Of a stretch of 64,000 nt of DNA, positions 53,335-64,000 are shown in pieces. This stretch comes from Octopus vulgaris (Eukaryota), in the NCBI GenBank assembly GCA_951406725.2, contig OX597821.1:16058001-16122000 (forward strand), read 5' to 3'. The translations under genes and the position numbers were made by a program. Each line of letters starts with the position of its first letter. The stretch's first letter is position 1. The notes below the pieces were generated by a model. It saw nothing but the letters and a program-made list of their open reading frames with translations. It was not told the DNA's origin and ran no database searches.

Positions 53335-53575
53335 CGTCAGGAAATTTATCACGTGATACCTTTTTAGCCTGACGACATAGTTCTGGGGACAAACTTAGTG
53401 AGGGAGGCAGAGGAGTTGATGCAAGAGGTGGAGACAGTGTCGACGAGTGTGAGGCAGAAAATGAATGAAATTAAGATAAAGTATCTGGTAGAGAATATTA
53501 AGAAGCCAGGGAAGATTCGTTTTATCTGGGAGCAAGATTTAGGTAGGCGGAGGTAAAGAACATGGACCACACCCT
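53335..53575 (+). mobile_element. LINE reverse-transcriptase fragment
   Basis: PDDIVLGTNLVREAEELMQEVETVSTSVRQKMNEIKIKYL corresponds to the (F/Y)ADD and GLxMNxxKT region of non-LTR RTs. Confidence 0.75.
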
Positions 53576-53689
53576 CTTTGCGATTATTTTTTTTTTTGTT
53601 TTCTTTTTATTGGAACACACTTTATCGTTGGCGAAGGCTCCAAGTCTGCAAAGCAATCTGCATGTCAAAATTTAATCTCCCCCCCCCCC

Positions 53690-54790
53690 CCTTTACCCCT
53701 CATCCCCTAAAATTTCCACTTTAAAAAAAAAAAAATTTTGGCGAAATACGTAGAAAAATACGGGGATTATGATTCTGAAAAAAATTCTGAAAAATTTCAA
53801 TTTTTGAAGAACAAAAAAAAAATTTATAAATATAGTGAACAACACCGTCCCATCCGACCTCTGACAAGAAGTGAAATTAAACCGCTTTCTCTTCTAATGT
53901 TTCATGACGAACATGTTTTGGTTGAGGGTCGTTTGGAATTAAGACAGGTATGTAAAAATTAGATTTTATGCACAAATGCACACACACACAACAATAGGAC
54001 ATTAAAATCCTTTGTTTCTCTTTTGGAAATTCATATTTAGAAAGTTGATCCTCGGTCTGGTTGTCGTTTCTAGCTTGTCATCAGGTTTCCGGTTGGGGCG
54101 GGTTTAAATTTTGAAAATATTTCTTCTTTGGTAACTCGTAATAACATTTTGAAAACGTGTTTCTGGCATGTCAGATTTTCTGTTTAGATATTTTATAATT
54201 CTATGCATGCGTGAAACATTAGTAGAGAGGGGGTGTTTAATTATTTTCTTTTGAAAATTTAAAATTTTACAATTTTTTTTCTCAGAATCGTAATCTCCGT
54301 ATTTTTCTACGTATTTTCTCTCTCTCTCTTTTTTCTCTCTTTAACTTGTTTCAGTCATTTGACAGCGGCCATGCTGGAGCACCGCCTTTAGTCGAACAAA
54401 TCGACCCCGGGACTTATTCTTATGTAAGCCCAGTACTTATTCTATTGGTCCCTTTTGCCGAACCGCTAAGTGACGGGGACATAAACACACTAGCATCGGT
54501 TGTCAAGCAATGCTAGGGGGACTAACACAGACACATAAACATACACGCACATACATATATATACATATATACATATATACGACGGGCTTCTTTCAGTTTC
54601 CGTCTACCAAATCCACTCACAAGGTATTGGTCGGCCCGAGGCTATAGCAGAAGACACTTGCCCAAGGTGCCACACAGTGGGACTGAACCCGGATCCATGT
54701 GGCTGGTAAGCAAGTTACTTACCACACAGCCACTCCTGCGTAAAAATTGTTTTTAAAAAAGGGAAAATTTAAGAAATTTAGGAGAGGGTT
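53690..54790. mobile_element. MITE-like element with long imperfect TIRs; right TIR split by a SINE
   Basis: aaatacgtagaaaaatacggggattatgattctga (~53744) versus tcagaatcgtaatctccgtatttttctacgtattt (~54282). The outer TIR resumes at ~54741. Confidence 0.6.
54325..54740 (-). mobile_element. SINE family A, full length
   Basis: High similarity to the other young copies; ends cacacagccactcctgcg. Confidence 0.92.
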
Positions 54791-54794
54791 GGTG

Positions 54795-55129
54795 GATAGG
54801 TGCTGAGAATGAGTCTGAACATCAATCAGTAAACACTTAGGATGAAGAAGTCAGTGCTGTACGAGTGCCTCCCAATAGTTAGCTCGAAAATAACACAGAG
54901 GAGACTGAGGCTAGCGGATCATGCTTACCGTCATTCGGAGTTGCTGCTGCGCTCAGTGCACGTGTGGGAGCACCTACATGGAAACACTAGAAGAGGTAGA
55001 CCGAGGATGACATATATTGATACATTCAGGATAGACACTGATCTCTGAGAGACATACGACATCGCAGTCATGATGAGGAACAAAGACCGCTGGAGAAAAC
55101 TCGTCCTTAGACCTCGAGAATTTTACCCG

Positions 55130-55132
<3 letters not shown>
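54795..55132 (+). mobile_element. LINE (RTE/RTE-X-like) 3' end
   Basis: LYECLPIVSSKITQRRLRLADHAYRHSEL..WEHLHGNTRRGRPRMTYIDT; ends in (TA)n. Confidence 0.8.
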
Positions 55133-55165
<33 letters not shown>

Positions 55166-55373
55166 ATAGATATGTACCCAAACACGTGCGCGCGCACACA
55201 CAAACACTTCATCAAATGTATGTGTGCGTGTTTGACTGCTTGAAGGTAAAGCAGAGAAACTGCATTTTTTATTCCAAATGTGGCTGGTCTCTACAAATGT
55301 TCAGAACAACATTTCAACGAAAAATTCTCTCTATATATTTATACATATCTATATCTATATACTTACATACATG

Positions 55374-55405
<32 letters not shown>

Positions 55406-55586
55406 CATATACACATATATATATATATACATATTTGTACATACATATATATACATATACATACATATACATACATATACATATATATATACATATACAT
55501 ATATATATACATGTACATATATATACATATATATACATATACATACATATATATACATATACATACATATATATACATATACATAC

Positions 55587-55621
<35 letters not shown>

Positions 55622-55719
55622 AATATATATATACACACATATAAATATCTATATACATACATATATATATATACATTTACATATATATATATACATATAC
55701 ATACATATATACATACATG

Positions 55720-55757
<38 letters not shown>

Positions 55758-55761
55758 TATA

Positions 55762-55869
55762 TTAGAGATAAATCAAACAGTGAAAAACATAAGCCAATAC
55801 ATAAAATTAATTTAAAAATATAAAAGTTAAAAATAAAAAATTATTTAAATAATTTAAACTTAAAAAATT

Positions 55870-55904
<35 letters not shown>

Positions 55905-56035
55905 ATATATTTTTATATTTATATATTATTTTATTTATTAATTAATTATTTTTAACTTTTATATTTTTAAATTAATTTTATGTATTGGCTTCTGTTTTTC
56001 ACTGTTTGATTTGCCTAATAGTGGTTTTATCTCTA
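55762..56035. repeat. AT-rich inverted repeat around a (TA)n spacer
   Basis: aaatcaaacagtgaaaaaca.aagccaatacataaaattaatttaaaaatataaaagttaaaaataa at ~55770-55835 and its reverse complement at ~55945-56012. Confidence 0.75.
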
Positions 56036-56671
56036 ATTTAATATAATATAATATAATATATTTATACTATAAAATTGGATTTAATCCTAAATCTCATTTT
56101 TCCCTGTAAGTTTGGATTTATTCCCTAATATCATTATTATATATATATATATACACACGTAACTATCGTCCATGTTTCCCTTCTTCGCCTGATCATCTTT
56201 CTTTTCTTTCAGGACTGTCTTAAGGACAACACCTATCTTATCTCCCTCCTCTATCTTTTCTCTTGTGAAAGAAAATATTCCCCCACCGTTCGCTATTTTG
56301 CCCTCTTTCTGGTATAACGATCCACCACGTTTGTTTCCTTTCGGTTTCCTTGTATGTCTCCACTGTCTTGTTCTTGTTTCCAACTTTAACCCTCCTCAAA
56401 TACCAAATTATATTTTTGTACTTATGTGAGTCACTGACTCCGAAGTCTCATATTGTCATTCAATGATCAAAATGGAGAGTAAATAGACAAGCGACAACGG
56501 ATGAAGAGTCCTTTTTGTGTCATTTGTCCTGTTTTCCATTTGTTTCCTTCGTTGTTTGTGTATCGAACGTATTTCATATTGTTTACTGTTGGGGACGTCC
56601 TGTACCATTATATATGGATGTGTATGTATATATTTGTATGTATGTACATGTATATATGTATATTGGATTTG

Positions 56672-56704
<33 letters not shown>

Positions 56705-56707
<3 letters not shown>

Positions 56708-56920
56708 CTTGCTGCGGCTCACCGATATTCGCTGCACCAGCGCAGTTGTCGAGTGGTACCCGCGCGAGCGGAAACGACTACCCGGAAGGCCTCCACGACG
56801 GTGGGTTTACGATTTCAGGAGGACGATTGGCATCACGTGGATGAGAAAGGCGCGATCCAGAGAGGAGTGGACAGCGTGCTGTGTCAAATGAACGCCCGAC
56901 GGACTGGTCGGTCAAGGAAA
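56705..56920 (+). mobile_element. RTE-clade LINE extreme 3' fragment inserted in (TA)n
   Basis: [52 protein letters not shown]. Confidence 0.8.
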
Positions 56921-56989
56921 TATATATATGTAAATATGCATGTATATATTTATATATGCATATATATATATATACATTGGATTTGGTTT

Positions 56990-57061
<72 letters not shown>

Positions 57062-57161
57062 TATACACATTATATATATATATATATATACATATAGATA
57101 GACAGATAGATAGATAGATGCATACATGCATACATACGTACATAGAAGGAAAGATACACAA

Positions 57162-57192
<31 letters not shown>

Positions 57193-58504
57193 ATTGGTGA
57201 AGCTTCTCAGAAAGCTATCACTTCAAAGTTACGTATTTTTCTGTATTATCTGTGCTGCCTTTCTGAATGTTGCCGCGTCTTCTGGTCCTAATTACTTATC
57301 TGTCGTTCTTAATGATTTTCTATCTCTCTCATAGCTAATATAATAATACAGTTTGGGCCTTTACAAAAACAATTAATTAAACGAATACGTGATAAACCTT
57401 AGTTTATAATCCATTGAAATATATCAAATATCCTCTCATCTTCATTTGTCGTATCTTTACTGATTAATGTGAAACGTGTAGTTCGCGAATATCTCATTTA
57501 ACTGAAAACTACTGAACAAAATACAATAAATAAATGATATGTTTCTTTTTCTCATTCCACGAATCATTTACTTTCATAGATCTACGTTAGGGATCGGCTT
57601 CGATTTTCATTTTTCCAGCAGAGACTGTATATATTTCTGGTGAGTATTGAGATTATGATATTGGTGTGCCATGTTTCAATGGCAGAAAAAAATGTAATGA
57701 TGATCATATTTCTATTTTCTGAGGCCCACTATAAATATTTGTTTTGAAATAAGTCACTAAGGTTTTCGATCGCTGCTCATTGAAATATTCCAGTGAAGAA
57801 ATGGCTCTGATTTAACGTCAAGAGCCGGAACACCTCCGTATAATGTAAGTTTCATATTTTTGCTCTTTTCGTTATTGATGTGATATTAAATATTTTTGCC
57901 CGTTGTTGCATCAGATTTCGATAAATTATTGGGTTTTATTTTGATTATTTTATGATGTAACTATTAATTCCAGTTTGCTGATGTTATTCCCACACTCTGT
58001 CTATGGCAACGTCTAACTATACCGAGCCATTCTCGTGTTGCTTATTTTGACTTCCTGTATAAGTTATAGTCATTTTATTGTCACTATCAGTTATAAAACT
58101 GTTTCTTTTTAACTCCTAGTATTACTCAAGCAAGGGATGATAACCAATACATATTTAGATATATTTATTTTATTTTTGATATCTCCTATTACAGTTAATT
58201 ATTCTATTCGTCTTCGTTTCCCTCCTTACACGGCAATATAACACTTGAAGAACATTGTAGGAGTCAGTTCCACAAACGATACGTCTCCAATATAAACCTA
58301 GGTTCTGTGGCGCCTAATAAGGAGAATTAACTATTAATACAAATTAAGTGTATTATATGATAATGTAAGACGATGAAAGTTTTTTTTATTATATTTTGAT
58401 GGATTTTGATTTATTGATTCATATTTCTAAGAATATTTCCAGCGAGACGAACATTTAGTCTATTTCTCCAAGCCGGAGTTTTTTTGGGGTTTTTTTTGGT
58501 TTTG

Positions 58505-58810
58505 CCAGCGTGGTTGTGTGATCAGATGTTTTCTTCTCAAACAAATAGTTCAGGGTTTAGTCCCAATGCGTGGTACTTTGGGGATGTGTCTTCTATTGTA
58601 GCTCCGGGCCGAACAAAGCCTTGTGAGTCGGTTTGGTACAGAGTAAGTGAAACGAGCCCGTAATATATATTTCTGCGTGTGCTTTTGCGTTTTTTGTCCA
58701 CGATCACCACTGGAGAACATATTTGGCTTGTTTACATCCCCGAAACTTAGCGGTTCGGCAAGATCCGTTACACAATAAGTGCCAGACTTATTGGGGATCG
58801 ATTTGTTGGG
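58505..58810 (+). mobile_element. Diverged SINE family A
   Basis: tagtcccaatgcgtgg...tgtcttctattgtagctccgggccga...acttagcggttcggcaa. Confidence 0.7.
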
Positions 58811-58937
58811 TAAGTAGAGTATTCACTAGAAGTGTTCAGCTATATATTCTAAGTTGCTTGAGCTATTCTCTATTTACTCTGAGTTTCACTTGCCTGAAAA
58901 TACCGCGCACCATAAGAGGCTTATTCAATCCAAATAA

Positions 58938-58969
<32 letters not shown>

Positions 58970-58975
58970 ACACAT

Positions 58976-59006
<31 letters not shown>

Positions 59007-59009
59007 ATT

Positions 59010-59180
59010 GGAATTTATATAAAAAACAAAAGTCGAAGACAGGTGTATAAACAACAAACAGGTGTACTAGTTTAATGCTAGGGAAGGTGAGAAAGTATTT
59101 ACGTTTCGAATCTAAGATCTTCAAAAAAAAAAAAGGGACAGGAGAAAATACACAGAGAGAGAATAAAAAAAAGCTTTACG
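59010..59180 (-). mobile_element. Diverged family Y pseudo-LTR
   Basis: Minus strand gaagatcttagattcGAAACGTAaaatactttctc...cacctgtcttcgacttttg. Confidence 0.55.
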
Positions 59181-62100
59181 GGTGGCGGTCAAATTATTCA
59201 GCCTTCTGCCAAACAATGGTAGAAGTCAAAATAATACACCTTGCTTCAAAGTACACTAAAGGGAATTGCTATACTGAAGGACAAACTCCGAAAATATAAA
59301 CGACGTTCCGAATTTATATTCTTAGGGTAACAACTTTGTCTTTCATCTACGTGCGGTTCGATGAAATAAAATCTAGTTAAACACTGGAATCGATTTACAC
59401 TCAGCTACATTTACCTAAACTTCTATTATTGTGCCTAAGTTAGATGTAATCGTTATTGATATAATAGTTTTAAAGTACGGCACCACATCAGCAATCATAG
59501 CGGGAGAGTATTAGTCTATTAGATTGAGCCGAATATTTAATTACGTTCTTGTTTCTTTTTGTAGTGGGCTCCGAGAGATTTGAACTCAAAATGTAAAGCG
59601 ATTTAACTAACCCATACAAGGCTTTTACTCAGGTAGGGCAATATCTGAATTATTATTGTAATGATGGACAAAAGTTTTAGCGTCATTTCGTCCATCTTTA
59701 CGCCGAGATCGACCTTGCTTTCCATTCTTTCGGTATCGATAATATAATTAACAGTTGAGCATAGGGCTCGATATAATCGATAATCTCCTCCCTGAAATCT
59801 CACACCTTATAGTTATAATAGAAACTATTATTGAACTAACGATTAAGGCGGCTAGTGCATCGAATCAAATGAGTAGCAGTATTTTTCCCGCTCTTTACCT
59901 TCTGAATTCAAATACCGGCGGAGTAAATTTTGCTTTTCATCCCTTTCGAGATCGATAAGATTTATATGCCATTTGAGCAGTGGAGTCGGGGTAATCGAAT
60001 AAACCACTTGCCCTAAAACTAGTATTGCTGATGTAAAAAATTAGCCATCCGATCTTGGGACCTTCTCCTCCAACGTACACTTCGTTAAACTGTTAAAACT
60101 AAGGACAATATAAAGTATGTGGCTTTATCTGACAGTATATACAAATGATCTACACAAAAATCTAGCCGAATAAAATTTATGATAAATTATGAGAATTCAA
60201 AATGTGACTTGAATGCAATTGTTATATTTTTGTACATTCCGTGTTAATTACCTATAAATATCTACTGTGTCTTTTTACTATTTAGTCTCCAGAAATTCTA
60301 TCTTGTATTATTCTGCTCTTCATTCATTTCATCAAGATTTTAGGGCGGTATAGTATAAGCTATTCCCGATAATTGATCATGAATTGTTGTCAGTATTTGT
60401 TTACAAGAGATCTACACTATTACTACATTTGGTAAAAATCCTTTGCACTTCACGTAGCACTCCACTTCCCCAATACATCGATAGATTATTTACGTACGGA
60501 AAGAAATTATAATATATTTTAGAAACGACTATGTATTATATTTGATGGCATAAAGAACGCACTCGAATTTCTACCAAGCAAATTCAAAATAACGTCATGA
60601 AATACAGGCCCGGTGTCGAAAATAGGATGCAAGTTGCTCTGTTCAGACACCTTTTGGAAAAAAAAGTGTGCGTCTAATATGCTAACAAATACGACACTAC
60701 CTTTTACTTCCTCCGTTGATTTATTTTTCGTTTATCAGAGTTTGATGTGATTGGTTTTTATTTGTTGTGGAGCTGATATAAAGTGCCGGTAATATATTAA
60801 TACACATTCGATCCGATTCACTTCAAGAATTATGTGATTATTATTATGTGGGACGACGGAATAGGAAAGAGTTGGGGCAGAATCTGACGGGAAATAGTTG
60901 GAGTAGGATGTAAGACGAAAACAGTGCCCAAGCCATAGTTTTTCACACACACCAACCATTCTTAAATGTAGTTTGGCTTCATTAGATGCTGATGTTATTT
61001 TTACATTCATTAGTTATAATATTATTCTCTTGTATTAGTTATGCTTTGTTTATTAATATTCATTATTCATAATTATTCGTATTTGATTTATGCTTCAAAG
61101 AACGAGATGAATAACTCTTCGTGATGTGCATGATTTTATTAAGATTCTTACATAATACGAAATATCTTCAACTGGAAATTGAAACCTCTTATTTCTCACT
61201 GATTCTCATTCCCTCTTTGAATTATTATTTTATGTTTAATTTTTAATTCGTTAACGTTTTTTTTTGCTTCCGACTTTACAATGTTTTGTTGCTTGATTTA
61301 AAAAATTTTTCTTCTTCGTCTTATTAAAATTTTGTATCCATGTGTTGTTGCTGTTGTTGTTCTTGTTCCAGTTGATAATTGTTCTTTTGCTTTTTAGTAT
61401 TATTTTAATTGCATTAGCATTATAATAAATCAAAATAAAGATGTCAGTGTTCTGTGAGGAGACACTGTTCTCTAATGTCTGTGAAAAATAGATTAAGTTG
61501 CTAGAATAAAACAGAACAGAAAATAAAGATGGATTGAAATGAAAAGACTATTAATTAGAACCATTTCTTTCATTCCGTCTAAACTTTTACGATGTTTCCA
61601 TGGATTCTGCTTTCTAGAGGTTTAATAATCATAATGTTTTGTTGTTTTTTTCCTCTTTATTCAGCTAGTGTACAAAACAATATGGAAATAGCATTGAGTG
61701 AGCATTGTGTTTTGAGGTGATTAATTGAATCTCACGCTTCGTACATCTTGGTGTTGTCACGTGATACTGATATTTTTAGATCCCGTTTATGAGTTAGGTA
61801 TAAGTTGTGTGTTACATAGAAAGTTTTGGCCGGACGTTTCATCACTAATCTTAATGGGACTTATTTTAAATCACCCCCACCCTCATTTCGTGATTTCTTG
61901 GTCGATAAGGCAAACATGACACAAAAACTACTCTAGAGAAGATTCAACTATGTTTGCTAATCTTTTTTTATTGTCTTATTTTCAATAGTTCATTTAAAAA
62001 CTACCTGTTCTATCAAATTATAGTAGTGCTGATATTTTAGTACAGTATTAGTTTAAAGCATATTTATCGAGAGTAGAAAACACAAAGTTGTCATGTAGTC

Positions 62101-62424
62101 GGAGGCCATCCCTAAAATAATGGGATTTAGGATCAAAGGAATCCCAGCTGTAACCATCATATGGTTTGGTTTCTTCATTTTTTTTTCTTTCTATATCAAG
62201 CACTGCATTATCTATTATAAAATGTTTTGTTTTATAAGGCAGCACAATATGGAATTTATATATGGAAGGTTGTGCAACAACACAAAATCTTAGTCGTTTT
62301 CGCGTAGGAAGATGTAATGCTTTTTTTGCTGGAATCATCATAAAGAAAATATTGCTAGAGTATGAAGTAAAACTACGGACAGTTAAATACACGGTGCAAC
62401 ATTTCTATGAAATATTTTAGAAGT

Positions 62425-62824
62425 AAAAGGCGGCGAGCTGGCAGAAACGTTAGCACGCCGGGTAAATGCGTAGCCGTATTTCATCTGCCGCTACGTTCTG
62501 AGTTCAAATTCTGCCGAGGTCGACTTTTCCCTTCATCCATTCGGGGTCGATAAATTAAGTACCAATTACGTACTGGGGGCGATATAATCGACTTAATCCG
62601 TTTGTCTGTCCTTGCTTGTCCTCTCTGTGTTTATCTCCTTATGGGTAGTAAAGAAATAGGTATTTCGTCTGCCGCTATGTTCTGAGTTCAAATTCCGCCG
62701 AGGTCGACATTGCCTTTCATCCTTTCGGGGTCGATATATTAAGTACCGGTTGCGTACTGGGGTCGATGTAATCCAGTAGCCCCCCTCCCTCAAAATTCCA
62801 TGTCTTGTGCGTAGAGTAGAAACG
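62425..62824 (+). mobile_element. Dimeric SINE family B with 14-bp TSD
   Basis: Two units with different tails; aatattttagaagt at 62411-62424 and 62825-62838. Confidence 0.88.
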
Positions 62825-62978
62825 AATATTTTAGAAGTGAAAAGCGAGAATTTTTTCATCTTTTCTATAATGATTTGCGAAGTTTATCTCAGTAATTTAG
62901 TCCTATCATACAGGAAAAGGGAATTTCAAATATGATTAACCATTATTCAGAATCATTTGTTATAATGATAAAAATAAA

Positions 62979-63014
<36 letters not shown>

Positions 63015-63019
63015 GGCAC

Positions 63020-63165
63020 TGATATAGATGTGTGGTAGGAACATGGCTCTGTGTTCAGTCCTACCATGTGGCATCTTGGGCAGGCATCGTCTATTATGGC
63101 CTCACGCCGATTGAAGCCTTGTGCGTGGATTTCAAATGCGAAAAGTGAAAGAAGACCGTAGTATA
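63020..63165 (+). mobile_element. Diverged SINE family A 5' half
   Basis: gttcagtcctaccatgtggcatcttgggcagg...gaaagaagaccgtag. Confidence 0.65.
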
Positions 63166-64000
63166 TATACATTTAAATATCTATGCATGAGTCATATTGT
63201 ATTGTTGAATTTTTTACGTGCCCGCAAATTTGCGGTTCGGCAATGGAGACTGTAGAATATGGTTTAAGAAGTATGTATTGGAGTGAATTCGTTTATGTAA
63301 ACCTTCCAACATGTTGCACCATTATGGCAGTCGACTCACTGAAACAGATGAAAGATATACTCATTCTGATAGTTATCCGGCTTTGTCAAATGGTAAGTGT
63401 AAAATTTGAGCAATGAATATAGCATCCTCAAGTGACGCCTCTTGTCATTTAAAATGTAAAATGTAAATTATGAAATTTGAAGTACTATTTTGTTTTCAAA
63501 CACTGACTGAAATAAACTTTTACATAGGTACATTTTGGCTCCCTATTCACTTATGTATAATTTTAATGTGTGTTTGCTCAAGCGTTTCTTCACATATGCG
63601 TGCATCATTTCAGTTTTCTGTTTTGAACATGAATTCCCATAGAAACATATCCATGTGTTTATGGCCTAAATTATGCACAATACCAACAAATTTAGTGCTA
63701 TTAGATTTAGCATATTTAATCAGGCACCCCCATTGCATTTGATAAATATTAATCACTATGAAGCACCGATGAAAAGGAAAATAGAATATAGCTGGTAATT
63801 TGTTATCGGATTTCATATCTAACTGAATGGTCATTTGTGAAATAAAGCGATAGTATCACGCGATATTTTGCTCATATTATAAGTTAATAATCAGTACACC
63901 ATTTTTACGTACACACAAGGGCCGAAATATTGGGGGAGGTTTAAGTCAATTCCGTCGACCTCAGTGATCAAATAGTTCTTATCTCATCGACCATAGAAGT

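Noticed and set aside
56450-56500. Possible decayed HHR in a pyrimidine-rich element whose tail resembles ~6190-6226
   Set aside because: Only stem I-like complementarity remains; the core nucleotides are not recognisable.
62048-62392. Minus-strand ORF containing HYFRDGLRLHDN, resembling the cryptochrome/photolyase WFRxGLRLHDN motif
   Set aside because: The flanking residues do not fit, a stop follows shortly, and I found no other photolyase exons. Most likely coincidence, though a tBLASTn check is cheap.

Overview
This is AT-rich, microsatellite-dense eukaryotic (animal) DNA. It is most likely intergenic or intronic sequence from an octopus; that assignment is an inference from the SINE families I recognise. 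I cannot support any intact host protein-coding gene, because nearly all listed ORFs are translations of microsatellites or SINEs. The window is a mosaic of three tRNA-derived SINE families, RTE- and CR1-like LINE remnants, Helitrons, MITEs, a U6 snRNA retrocopy 10 nt upstream of a SINE head, and a Penelope-like element (PLE) fragment with a Cys-rich linker and GIY-YIG endonuclease. The main signal absent from the ORF track is about 13 type I hammerhead-ribozyme (HHR) motifs from about 8 different sequence families. Most have a palindromic or near-palindromic minimal stem III. They sit in short non-coding elements inserted in or next to (TA)n tracts and are often arranged as fold-backs, including a spacer-less ~583-bp palindrome with an HHR on each strand. 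HHRs in PLE pseudo-LTRs are established biology; the density, family diversity, core variants and recurring breakpoints here merit follow-up. All folds and alignments were done by eye, and the boundaries of old repeats are approximate.
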